From Fimbriosthenelais zetlandica (taxonomy: Eukaryota): DNA of 64,000 bases. Both the position numbers and the translations under genes were made by a program. The notes below the pieces were generated by a model. It searched no databases. It was not told the DNA's origin and saw only the letters and a program-made list of their open reading frames with translations. Of this stretch, positions 1-12,300 are shown one piece after another. Location of the stretch: assembly GCA_977030845.1 (NCBI GenBank), contig OZ365113.1:15128001-15192000 (forward strand), written 5' to 3'. How positions within the stretch are numbered: the first letter of the stretch is position 1; every line of letters begins with the position of its first letter.

Positions 1-559
1 AGGGCAGGGATTTCCCCATTTCTTATAGCCTTCTTTGAAGTGGTAGCAATTTGTTGCAATCTTCTGATTTCTCCTCTTCTACACTCAAGTGGTCTTCACT
101 CGATCTAGTAGCCCAGGAAATGTTGGTGGGATCCTGCCAATCCCGACTCACCCCGTCCCCCACTCATTTTCTGAATGCAAATCGATGCAGGTGCGTTACT
201 AAATGCCTTTTGAGGTTGCGTATTTTTGTATTTTACTTATAATTTGTTTTGTTCCATTCATTGTTTTTCCATATTTGATTTACCATAATTATCATTCAAA
301 CTTAAAAAATATGCTAAAAATGGTTCAATGTTGATCCCTTCAGTAAATGGGGTAGCTGTAGGTATAAGATTATTAAATCTCTGATCCTTGTTTAGATACG
401 ATGGGATGCTGTAGAGCTGCGAGGTATTAATTCCTTATTAAGATACTTCATTTAAGATACTGTCCACACTACTTTCGTTCACGGATATATTTATCCCTTA
501 CACGGTAAGAGAGCCAGGAGATCTCTAACGAACGGAAGTTATAGCTATTCAGGTCATGT

Positions 560-830
560 ACGGTGAGGACCTCTTGAGGGAGAGTCCGCCCTACTTGTAA
601 TTTGCGGGCAGTCCAGTTCCGCGCTTTATTGGACGCTGGGGAGGCCAGACAGTTGTTGAGTACAATGGGATGAGTCCATGGCCCGCGGTGATAGATGACA
701 GGGGTAAAGGCTGCGTGTCAGAGGCCAAAGATTACAGATGTCCCCAGAGTATCAACTCACATCCACTGATAAACCTTTGCTCGTGTCCTACGAGAGGTCC
801 ACACTTTTCTCTATATTGGTATTGGATTAT
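560..830 (-). mobile_element. Decayed Ty3/Gypsy RNase H remnant
   Basis: Frameshifted translations REKCGPLVGHEQRF / ISGCELILWGH / FTPVIYHRGP resemble EKECLAIVWAVEKF / LYGREFxLxTDH / FxIxYRPG (by-eye match). Confidence 0.35.
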
Positions 831-1894
831 ATTCGGTTCTCTAGGGCAGATGCAAATGTACCTCGAGAATAGGGAAAGTTAAGCCATACCTACCATGTAC
901 CATGATGCACTCAATCGATGAAAAGTACCGGATTAATCAATGCTGTAGTCCTGTCATTAATGCATCAGCAATATGCCACTATGTTTTACTGCCAGGTTAT
1001 TTCCAATCCATGTAATTCGATGCTCTCACCAATATCTGTTTGCATGTTGGAGACAGATTCATGATGATCAAGGCTGCATATTTTACGATGTACATGTAAA
1101 TGGTCTGTCTTTTTATGGCTATGGCATCATCATAGATCTGCACTATAGACAGGGATAGCGGGATAAATAGCTTTTCTTATAGAATTGTAATTTTAACATC
1201 AATTCAATTCAATTCCGGGAGTTCATGTTTAAAAGAATAAATGTTTTTCAACAGTATAATTTTAGTCAGGGGGGCAAATAATTAAGTTATTGTCCATATG
1301 AGAAATTTGGGTATTGAGCCTGAGGTATGATGTCACTTGGATCCTCTAAAATAGTAGAACTGTTTTAGCCTTGCAGGTACATATATGCCACAATATGTAA
1401 AAACATTTTATTTTAGAGTGGGTAGACACCTCCGTACATGACAAACATATTCTAATTGCATTCTGCCATGTTCACCTTTCATCACCTCTTTGGAGGGCCA
1501 TGAGATAATCGCCCCACGCTCAGCTGTCTGTCACTCTTAATTTCCCAAACACACGCGAAGGAATATTTTTTGGGAAGGCGAATCATGCCTCAAAAGACAC
1601 TATCAGAGACGTCCCCTTTGCCATTGGTATTTCTGTCACACCCTAACCAAAGGTTCATAGATTTAACCTTCCAGACATGTTCCTATAAGTAGTCGCTCTT
1701 GTGTATAGGATGGTCTGAGCTTTTTTCCTCAGAGACATTATCCCAGTGTCTGGAGACCCACTGGCTGTCTTAATTGAAGAACTACATGTATTAAGGACTG
1801 GGGTGGATGCGGGTCTACATTCTGTTGAGGGAGAAGCCAGTTGCTTGCTTCTGATTATGGCAACTTATCATTTTCTGGCAACAATTGATGCACT

Positions 1895-2110
1895 TGCAGC
1901 AACTGTGCCGCGAGAGTGCTGCAACTGAACAGATCTGCGACAGATCAGCTACAGTGCTGTTACAGATCAGTGACTGCTGCAACAGTGCTGCATCAAATCA
2001 GTGTACATGTAATACTATTTGCCTGTTGCGTCCACATGCCTGTCAGGACAGTCGCAATGCTGCCTTACTGCAGTGTCGCTACAGTCACTTTTGTCAGGTG
2101 ACAGATGCCA
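1895..2110. repeat. Degenerate minisatellite with an ~11-bp unit (tgcaacagatc / tgcaacagtgc)
   Basis: Successive units such as tgcgacagatc, agctacagtgc, tgttacagatc and tgcaacagtgc. This explains the overlapping Cys/Gln/Ser-rich ORFs on both strands. Confidence 0.6.
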
Positions 2111-3217
2111 TAGCACGTCATGCCGTCTTGAATATGGTCCACAATTTTCAAAAAGGTCACCCCCCCCCCCGCCCCCAAATATATCCTGTATACGGACCTG
2201 CTTTTGGTTAAACATGTAAGTGGCTTTGATCGAAGTAACCCTGGATTAAAATTGTCACAAAGGATTGGATGTGTCGAATTGGGCAGTATCATATTTCCTG
2301 GTCTTGATTTTGACTTATTCCATCCAGGATGTACATACATGTAGTTATGAACTTTTAGTGTCCATGTGGAAAGAAATTAAGAGCAGTCGGAAACAAACCC
2401 ATCAGGCTTGATTTTTTTCCTCGCGCTAAATTTGTGTGGCCTTTGAAAATGGAGATTGTCCTTGCAAAGAAATCCATTCTGAGAACCAATAAGCCTACAT
2501 GTAGGCCTACATCTAATCAGATGCATCTAGCCGATCCCACGGCATGTTTACTGATATGCCAGTCTGAAATTGAAGGCTTAAGTTGTGTCAGTCAATCCGG
2601 TATAATAGCATTGCATGCTTGTACAGCTATCATGCTGCTCTGGCAAATCATGGTCATGTATGCTTTTAAAAGCTTTGCATGGTCAATATCGAAATAAATG
2701 TATGACACGTTACCTCGGACTTATTTGGAACAGTTATGCAAGTACTGTGAATAACAATTGTGACCATTATTGAAAATTACCTTTTATGAATACACATAGG
2801 CTATGTAGGCCCTGTTCTATCCTGGTGTAGTCTGTATCCTGGTCTAATGATGCACAGAGGAATATAATTAAAAAACTTTCTGACATTAATAAAATATACA
2901 TGAGCAATGATAATGGGTATTTAAAGTAAAATACTTTTATAAAAGACAAGAACAGAAAATGAAAAAGAAGAATGTCGCTCAGTCCATCAAAGGACTTCTG
3001 ATGCTAATTGCTTCTTTTTGTTCTAATCAGAACTGACTGATGGTGATACACTCTTACCCACGAAAAATATGAACAATTGTATTCTAGAAAACTTGGTGTT
3101 CTAGTCAGACTGGCACTAGTCCTGGTTTTAATCAGAATTATGAATGGCATCCGGAACCACTCATTTTAAGTTAACTAGAGAGAAAGCCGGAGGGCATTAC
3201 CACACCTCTCCCAACCC

Positions 3218-3255
3218 ATTTATTGCTCTTATTTATTGCTCTTATTTATTGCTCT
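3218..3255. repeat. 13-bp tandem repeat (atttattgctctt) x3
   Basis: Directly visible. Confidence 0.95.
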
Positions 3256-4019
3256 AAACTAGGCCAGGCCCAGGCATCAATACAAACATGGCGGCTCAAT
3301 ATTGCTTGCTGAGCGTGAAGGGCTGAATGCCTCTGCATGTCAATAATGCCTGTGATGGTGTACTTGCCCTTATTTGTTCCTAAGAATGAGACTTGATAAT
3401 TATGATGAATGTTCAGCTTAATCAAAAGAGAAAATGAGCACTTCGCTCACATTTATTGATAACGTTCACTTTTCACGAGAGGGAAAGCAAGGAAAATTAC
3501 AAGGTGATAGAATGTCCCTGAGAATAATTATCATTTTGGGTGCAATATTGAATATTGAATGCCTCCCCCCCCCCCCCCGCCCATCATTGGGAGGATACTA
3601 GTTAGGATGATGACCTCTCATAAGAACAAGGAAACATGTAGGCCTATACATAGAGTTCTTATAAGAAGAACCTTTATAATCCACCGTTTCCCAATTTATG
3701 AAACGGGATACCTTTCGTGCCGAAACGTCTTGTAGAAATGTAGGATATTACCTATTGCTATATTGGGCCAAATAATGTGCCTAATCAAACGGGGTCTACT
3801 GGAGGTAATGAATGTCAAACAACAGTGCATTACCATATCTCCATAGGGGCCTACTGTGGGCATTATAGAAGCCTTTAGTTTAGCAGGCTGTAGGCCCTAT
3901 ATAATATATGGTCGTTTCTATACCCGACGAAGCCTGGCCTTGCTGTAAAGGAGGCTGCTATAATAAAGCTATACCGTACTAGTAAGGTGACTCAGGGGCA
4001 GAGTGTGTTTTAATATTAC

Positions 4020-4078
4020 CAGGAAATAACCAGACCTCTTGGCCTTGCTAGACGTTGCAGCAAGTGTGATCAAGTAGC
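4020..4078 (-). other. Candidate exon of a divergent minus-strand transcript
   Basis: Long pyrimidine tract ctttctttctcttctttccactag and donor CTG|gtaata, just downstream of the promoter on the minus strand. One frame is open (YLITLAATSSKAKRSGYFL). Confidence 0.22.
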
Positions 4079-4522
4079 CTAGTGGAAAGAAGAGAAAGAA
4101 AGGTTGAGGAAGAGGGTGGTTCAGTCACAACCTACTGGAACTATATGCTATATGGGCCTATTCGTTTTCATTCTGAGCGTTTTACAAATTGTGGTAGGCC
4201 TATATGTAGGCTAGGCCTACCTGAGAGGGTAAAACAGTAGGTTTATAGGTAAGGCTGTATGTATAACAGCCTTGGTTATTGGGGGTCAGAGCCGGGTTTG
4301 CTAATTTTATCGCCAAGTGACAAATTCTGCCGCGAGATTGGGCTGTCTGCCGCCATTAGGCCTAGGGATTTGGCGAGTGGGTCGCCCGAACTCTAGGCCT
4401 AGGCCTACCCTACCCCACCCTATAGCCTAGCCTAGGCCGATGTAGGCCTACCTTCCTAATAGGGGCCTAACGTTAGGCCTAGACCTAGGCCTACGTATCC
4501 GTAGGCCTAGCTTAGGGTCGGC

Positions 4523-4563
4523 ACAGTGGCGCGCTCCGGTCGACCCGACTGGAGCGCCACTGT
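4523..4563. repeat. GC-rich inverted repeat or hairpin, possibly a collapsed MITE with CAGTGGCG termini
   Basis: ACAGTGGCGCGCTCCGGTCG-ACC-CGACTGGAGCGCCACTGT forms an 18-bp stem with one 2-nt bulge, one G:T pair and a 3-nt loop. Confidence 0.75.
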
Positions 4564-4779
4564 AGGCTACGGAGGGTGGGGACACTAAAAGCTGACTTCC
4601 GGTTAAGGAGTGGTCGTCCGCGTGGGTCATGCGGTCTGGTCGGCAACTAGCCAGTAGGCCTATAAAACCAGCCTATAAGCCTAGATGTATCGCCATTAGT
4701 TCGTTGACCAGTCCAACTCTCGTTGTCAGCTAAAAGTTTATCATAGCGATTATTTTTCAGCGGGGGAAGTTGACGAACG

Positions 4780-4818
4780 ATGACCAACATGGCGGAGCCT
4801 GAGGAGCAAGCATGCAAG
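4780..4818 (+). CDS. Candidate first coding exon of an unidentified plus-strand gene (MTNMAEPEEQACK)
   Basis: ATG 4789 lies in a strong AACATGG context inside the CpG island and is followed by a possible donor AAG|gtagct (weak consensus). The downstream frame is unresolved. Confidence 0.35.
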
Positions 4819-4997
4819 GTAGCTTTCAGTATTATTTTCACGTTTGCTTGAGCCTTGAGTAACACGAGGAAGCCGAAAACTGTTACCATATCATTTAGAA
4901 TAGATATATAGGCCTAGTTTACGATGTCTAGACTAGAATATCTACCAGACTGGTCAGTGTTGAATGTTTTGATCAAGATTCAAGTTCGACCACACTG

Positions 4998-5045
4998 TCT
5001 GTCAGTGTCACTGTCACTGAGTGTCAGTGTCAGTCTGTCACTGTA
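4998..5045. repeat. Imperfect 6-bp (gtcact/gtcagt) repeat
   Basis: Directly visible. Confidence 0.75.
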
Positions 5046-5539
5046 TCAGACTATCATGGCCGATACGGCGATAGGCCTACCGGATAACCTAGGCCTGACT
5101 CATAGACAGGTCTGACTATGTGTAGGCTAAGCCTAGCCCGAGGCTGGTATGTACCGGTAGCAAGAGTCAGTGACTGACTCTTGTTCTTACAATGGGCCCG
5201 GCGTGTCGACCAAGCGTTATGAAGTAGGCCTACCGGTAGGCCTACCGGTACGGTACCAATAGGCCTATGGAAAGAGTTAGATGGTTAGTAATCGTAACGT
5301 TAGGCCTGGACCTAATCATTTTAGGCACTGTAATGAATATATCTGAACCTATACCATGCAGTAATTATTGATTTTTCAATCGATTGTGGAGCCGCCTTAA
5401 TAAGTTGAACCAAATGCATGTTATCCTAAATCGCGTGGCTAGCTATTATTGATAGAAATGTAATAAAAATGTAACAATTGTTTTCAAATTTGAGGACTCC
5501 AGTAGACCTATTGTTGTAATTACTGTTTGCATCTTCCAG

Positions 5540-5788
5540 AAAATATCAATGCTGTGGGTGAGACAAGGCGAACGGTGGTTCAATGCGACACAAAATTAAG
5601 GACCTTCTCTTCAAATGTTAGGAGGCAAACATCCGAGGAAATGAAGAAATTGGCGGGAACAGGGGGTTGAGAGATTGACCTAGACGAACTCCTCCCCCCC
5701 CCCTCCCCCCAACTCCGCCCCGCCCCACGAAAAGGAACATCCATCAGCTGGCCAGCCCTCAATTATGGAGGGACTGCTAAAGATGCAG
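5540..5788 (+). other. Candidate second exon of the plus-strand transcript (coding status unclear)
   Basis: Acceptor ctgtttgcatcttccag, strong donor CAG|gtaaga, GC-richer than its flanks, 249 nt. All three frames contain a stop (see findings). Confidence 0.45.
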
Positions 5789-7179
5789 GTAAGAAATATA
5801 TTTAAATTATCATGCATGTGATTTATAATATGGTGATTAAAACGGTACAGGTAGGATATGAAGAACAGGGGATGCGTCTTTATCGACAAGAAAGACGGTG
5901 GAGATATCACATTAACCATTATCCTGAACCTTGGGGTACGGTTTGATGAATTTTGACAATAAATTATTGCTTTGGTTTGTGCAACACAATTTGGAAACTA
6001 ATGTCATAATGAAAGGGGAAGGCTATGCTTAGGCCCAAAACTGATCCATAAACTTGTAGACTTTACTCTCGATGCCTGCATGGAAACATGCTGTTAGCTG
6101 TGTTAGCCTATTTTAGCTCACCCAATCCTTGTCAATCAGTCCATCAACTAACTATAGGACAACGGCCATTCCTTGTACTGGCCAGTTTACCCCACTGATA
6201 CTACTCATTCCCACTGATATTTGCACATTTCTTGTCTTGATATATTAACCTGCTTTTGATGGATTCATCCCGCTTTTCATGGATGAAATGATGGATGAAT
6301 AACATGAAGGCATGGCTAATATTTTTACCGGACCACCTCGTGAGTCATCTGCTAACTTTTCCTGCAGGAATAGATCAAACCGGCATTGCCTTTAATTTCT
6401 CACATGGCTCCCCGCCACCTGCGCTCTAATCTCCAATGATGATAGATCACGAAGATGAATAGATGAAAAATGAAATATTGTAAAGGGGGAAAAATAGAAT
6501 GTAATCATGGAGGAGTTATGAGGAGGGATGGTTATTGACAGTTTACCCATTATCGTACATATTACCCACCCTTCCTCCTCCGTATACACTCATCATTTTC
6601 TCCCTCTCTACTATCCCTCATTTGCCATTTTTCAAAGTCTAACGTAATCCATCATACCTCCCAAGAAGAAGGCTGCAAATTAAAAGCTGCAGCTGAATTG
6701 CTATTATCTGATATTAATGCACAATACGATTCTATTGTTCCATGGATCCTTCAGAAATATTGCAGCTCTATTGTTAATTAGAAATTTGTGTGAAATACAT
6801 TCTTTTATTGACGTGCTTTTACACCAATCCCTCTTGGTTATCCTGGTAGACCTATCAAAGTCCGGAATCCAAACCAGAGATTAGCCCCATAGTGCCTGCA
6901 TCTGTATCCTATGTCAGAGTAGACAATCCATAATCCAAATGAATGGAGAACCTTTATAGAAATCGCCATTTAAAAACAACCCTGAGTTATATGTCAACGG
7001 GGCTGTGACCCTCCGAATTATATCAATTACCAGCTGATAATTGCTGAAAACCAAACCCTAAATTTCGTACGGACTTGTCCATCCAACTCACTCTATCCTA
7101 GTCACATTATTTTAGATTGCGGTATAAAATGATTAATTTATATTTACATGCGGCGATTTAATAAGAATCACCAGCTGTA

Positions 7180-7860
7180 TTGTTCAGACAGCTATTCCAT
7201 GTTACACTCAGCTGAATGGGAACTTGGCATTCATCCACGGTTTTAAGGATATCGATTACAGATATCTGAATATAATAGGATCCGCTGGATCTCCTGCATC
7301 CCATTCACGGATAATGTGATTCCCAGGAATGGATGTCAAACAATGGAAACTAATTCACCGCTTGTTTCTACCTTCCATTCATTCCACGTGTGATTGTGGT
7401 ATGATTGTTTCTAATACTTGGATCCATATCGTAAATGGGCTTAAATAATTTCAAATTTTTCCATAAAGCTCTATTCAATCACTATATTACGAAGGGCGAT
7501 ACCTAATCTTCCAGTTTACAACGAAATGGGAGATTCGGAGCAGATCAGCAAGAAAGTAAAGGTTAGAAGTACAGGCATTATGAGAAAAGAGGTTTTGGCA
7601 GAAAGAGTGTGGATGGAAGTACAGGTTGAGTATGCTGAAGAGAAGCAGAATCTGGGAAGAGGGGTTAAAGCAAGGGAAAAAGGAGCCTTGGTAGACAGCA
7701 AGACAGCCTGGAGCACTTGCCTCTGAAGATAAGGGCTATTGGCCAGGCTGGGGGCCGGACTAGCCTTGTGTGGATGAACTGAAGGACTTTGTTTGTACAG
7801 AAGGTCCCATAGACCCACCACCCAATAGATCGATTGAGAGTCGCCTGGCTATTTCTAAAA
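7180..7860 (+). mobile_element. Decayed Ty3/Gypsy integrase C-terminal region
   Basis: ORF 7526-7726 YAEEKQNLGRGVKAREKGALV, then LLAR/WGP, resembles AQxKQKxxYDxxVKxRxFxxGDLV...KLLARWxGPY. Confidence 0.45.
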
Positions 7861-9166
7861 TGCCTGTGGCACATAGTTCAGTGGCACTACATTTCGAAAT
7901 CGTGAAACTGTTCTCATTGAAAATAGAATGCTGGAATATTTTTAAATGTAAATCATGTGTAATTCAACGTAATTGATATGAAATATCAGACAAAATCTAA
8001 GAAATTGGTGGTTTTCTTAACATTTTGGCTTCAAGATTGTACTAACATGTCTGCGTATAAAATCACAGATATCCAATATAAATACGAATCTTGAATGAGC
8101 GATGGATGTAGCCTACCTTCCTTCCACAAATAGCCCTATAGATGTGTGATCATACCTGACCATCTTGTTGGTACTACAGACATTGCATGTGTAACAGAGG
8201 GAAGAGAGCAGAAGGAAGGGCCTTGGGTATTTATCTATTTAGGTCAGGGATGAAACAAGGAAGGATTTTCAGGGGACTGGAAGAGATGGAGGGGTCAGAG
8301 TGGCGACTTTTATCTCTATATCCTTACCGCTTTGATTTTTTTTCTTTGATCCCCCGGGATTCATGAGTTCATGATAATGTGGATGTCGTCTGTACTTGAT
8401 GTTTTATCATTTGGAAAAACATGACTCTAAATGACTGTGTCTTCGTTCTGGAATGATTCCAGATGTCACATATTTCATGGTACATTGTTAATGCAGAATC
8501 TTCCGTTACATAATCCTTTTCCCAAGAAACAACCTATGAATATGGAACTGGAACACCAAAGTACTAAAATATTTCAGTCAGCCAGTTGGTTTTTTTAGTG
8601 AAGGTGTGAAAGAAGATCCTACTTCTTTCCTTGAGTTCTGGCAGTGGAGCACCTTGTCTTGTGTATTCTGCACCAGCTCCCCTCTTAAATCAAGTCATCT
8701 TGTGACTGTGGTTGACCTGAGGGTCCTATAGCCTTAACAGTAGCAGTATGAGACGTAGTAGTCCCTGCTATTGCCTATACAGCCTCCAGGCACCCCCCTT
8801 AACCAACAGACCTTACCTGCTCCTCCATCAACTCACTCCACCTCCACCTAGTACAATGCTCCCACTGCCATGCGCTGGTCGATAGGACAGTATTACCTCT
8901 GTTATGATACTACTCCCTTACACTATTTTTGCATATTTTAGCCTTACCTCTTTAACATTGTTATGTAATGCATAAATATGGCATTCTCACTACCAATCGC
9001 TTCCATTGTAAACAAGCCACCTCGTTATCCATTATTCTTCGTTAAAGACAGCAAAAGGTAAGAAACACTTACCGATAACACGGACATTCAAGATAATTGC
9101 TGAAAACCAAATCCCACCCTCTCTGGTAGAGTATTGGGAAAGGAGAACCCCATGGCAATTCCGGGT

Positions 9167-9349
9167 CTAATCAAAATGCCTGACGTCCGGCTGGAATCGA
9201 CTGACCAAACCTAATGAAAGGCCATATCCAATCCCATTGTTCATCGCAACATCAAAGAGCACATTGATTGCAATGGATAGATGATTCGGGAGCCTGAACA
9301 AATAGTTTGCGACAATAATTGCTTTTAGTTTTTCATGTCTGTCTTTCAA
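9167..9349 (-). mobile_element. Decayed Ty3/Gypsy RNase H remnant
   Basis: VLFDVAMNNGIGYGLS resembles FxLxTDASxxGIGAVLS. Confidence 0.35.
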
Positions 9350-12300
9350 GTTTTGTTCTTTTAATTGATTTTGGATAAATGGATCATTTAATTCCCAAAA
9401 TGTGGAAATTCTTGGCTTATTAATATTCGCAGTGGCTCACAGCATTATGAAGGATGCACTGAGATTTACCGTGAAAGAAACCTGAACCCTGAACAGAATA
9501 TTGTACTTGAAGGAGATTTCCCCCGTGCCCGTCTAAAATTCAAAATCAAATTAAGAGGGACCCTTTGAAGTGGCCTAAAGAAAATATTACATCCACCCTG
9601 ACTCTGTTTTCACATAAGTAGGCAGTGCAGCTATTTGCAAGTAGATCATAATGTAATTTCTGTGATGAAAGATCTGGAGTGGGGCATATGTGCCAATAGG
9701 CTTTGATACCTTAAAATATGATGTTTGAAGATTACGTAGTTCATCCTACTGCTCGAGCATATATGTGATGTAAGATAATATGGAAAATGGGAATGAGATG
9801 TGTGCTACTTTATCCCTGTGGCATGTACCTGCTGAAAGACAGAGGAATTACCGACTTAGATATCATTGGTAACTTAATCCTGGGTCTATGTTTGGGGGCT
9901 TATGAAGGAAATTTGAATGAAATTGAATACAAAGAAATGTGGAAATACCCTTTGCGAAACCCAGGAGCAAAATATTACGACGATGGTATGACACAAGTTG
10001 GGAAATGTTATAGTATGTGGGCATTCACTCCCAGCAACAGTATAAAGCTGCTATAATCTAGCTACATTTTACTGTTGTGGAAAATAGATGAATAAAAAGT
10101 GTCCCATCAGCATTTATAGCTGTACTCATTAAGTAGGCTTACATCGGAAGAGATCACTAGAAAAGACTTGAGCTAATGGAGGGCCTGTCCCTTGGCTAGT
10201 GTTTCCCACGTTGACATCAGACATACCCTACACTAACGATGAAATGCAAAGCTGCATACTATTTTCTCATATATTTATGTTTTTTGCCCAGAAGTCATGA
10301 GGGTTTAATGTTATAAAAAGTCAAGTATCCCGATCATGCAAGGCCTGACAAATCGGTTCAAAAAACATGTTCATCAAGTTATTATTCTTTCATCAGAAGG
10401 AATTAAAAAGCCCTCGCCGTGACAGGGTCCCTGGGATTTCGTGTTTTTCAAGCTTGACTTCACCCAAGCACAAAAAAATGGTGAGCTCTCTGGTTTGTCC
10501 TATGGCTAATCACAGGGAGCTTATGCAATGTCCTATCAGGGAAAACATTTTTCAAGTGATTGAACACTGTTGCCTTTGGATACTTTCTCTGCTTGATTTT
10601 CTCTGCCTGCAATCCGGTAGGCCCACTAGCTCTTCCCGTACAAGGGTACTACTACACACTTCCACTTCCTTGTTGCATTAGTTTCTTTCTCATTCTTGCT
10701 TCGTACTGGTTCGGTTCTAAGAAATTTGCTATATAGAGGAAAAAGAACCATGTGTGAAGAAAATACTTGTGAGCCAGTATAATATAAAGACATTTTATGA
10801 AATCACCAATATACTTACATTTTCCAGATCCCTTATTCTTTTTCGGCATTTCGGTTGTAGTTTTGAGCTCCTGTTCTGGTAGTGTTTCTTTTTGAGGAAT
10901 CACCAGTGTATCTCCAGGCCCTCATTCTCTATGCTAACCATAAACATGGACTGTTTGCTATATGCTAAAGCATGAGACACATGTAGCACCTATGAATGCA
11001 GGGGACGCTTTTTAACATGGACACCTGTACCCCAGCAGGTTTGAAGAATGAGTTCCTCCTGCAGCAGAACCTACTCCTGAGTGTGTGAATGCAGCCTGGA
11101 CCCGAACCGACTGCCTTTGCAAGCTGCAAGTGAGTGAATGTGTAGTGTGGCCGCTGTAACATTGATGATGGGCCCCCCTTCTCGCTGTTTGAGTGTGCGA
11201 GTGGAACTTAGCCCAGAGGATAATCCAATGGCACGGATGCTTCCCTTGGCAGCATTGGGGAACGTGACGGACGGATGCTCTCTAACAGGTCTGCTGGCAT
11301 GCCACGGCTGCTCTCTCTGAGGTCGGAGTGGCCTCTGAATGATTACAGCCTCACAGGGCGTTAATCTCTCATCAGCCCCAGCAGTGCTTGATCTCAGGCA
11401 AATCAGGCAGTGGTGTCACGGCCAGAAACCATGTGATAAGCTTGAGTCGGCCACTCAACCATGCTCAGATCTTTTTGCAGTTAATCAGTGACTCTCCACT
11501 AACTATGTGCTACTTCGATCCCTGAGGTCAGATTCCTGCAAAGATTGAGAGCAATCTGTTCTGGTGTTGACCCGGAGGGGTCAAAATCTTACAAGCAGCT
11601 CTTCAGGGGAACTAGAGTCTCTAGATTGGAGAGGTTGGGAAAATATTCCATAAACGTTCCTTTTTAAGGTTATGTAGATAAGATATACCATGCAGTTTTA
11701 TGACATACACATACTTGTATAGATTACCTTAAAGTTCAATAGTCAGTAGGCACTATAATATTAAGGTATTTCATGTATATATTGTGCTTCTGTGGAGAGG
11801 CCATGCCATTGTTATCCCTCAATCCTTGTCTGCATTTCCACCGATAAATCTCCGTATAAAGGTTTTAGACATACCTGTCGCTATTGTAGTTGGCACATGT
11901 GTGTATGCACATATAGATTAGTGGTGAACAGTTAGTCCCATTCTTACCTGTCCAAGGTGACACTGTATGAATAACATGATGTGATGCTCCATCCTATATG
12001 TATGAATATATATAGGTACAGCTCTCTTCAGCTCTTAATATATTCCTAACATCACATTTGTATGATGATGGCATGGAACTTCATCAGGTTCTCAAGGCAA
12101 CAGGGAAATGAGACAAATGAATCTAAATAAGTCCTTGCGTTTCAATTTCCATTTGATTTTCATTGGAATTCATGGTTGTAGGTGTTAGTTGGGAATTTGC
12201 ATCCGGAGCATACAATTACGTGTATAAGGTTGATGTTCCAAGGAACTGGCAAAATCCTAATATTGGCAAAGTTTGTATAGAAAATGACTCATCATATTTA

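Larger units (their letters stand above)
4300..4830. promoter_or_regulatory. CpG-rich promoter region, possibly bidirectional
   Basis: Local GC and CpG enrichment against a CpG-poor background. Motifs: ETS-type ACTTCCGG (4595-4602), GC/CACCC box ggagggtgggg (4571-4581), TATAAAA (4661-4667), ATTGG/CCAAT (4337-4341) and YY1/Kozak-like CAACATGGCGG around the ATG at 4789. Confidence 0.65.
4195..5310. repeat. Dense cluster of palindromic TAGGCCTA motifs
   Basis: By my count about 17 AGGCCT, about 15 of them full TAGGCCTA, in about 1.1 kb. It includes the tandem taggcctaccgg x2 near 5225-5250. Confidence 0.85.

Noticed and set aside
5750-5788. QPSIMEGLLKMQ resembling the HSPBP1 N-terminal motif
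   Set aside because: The similarity is only about 8 residues, and no downstream armadillo-repeat exons were found.
10820-11130. Apparent exons with good donors (minus strand ~10820-10905; plus strand ~11037-11129)
   Set aside because: Acceptors are weak or all frames are closed, and nothing links them to a gene model.
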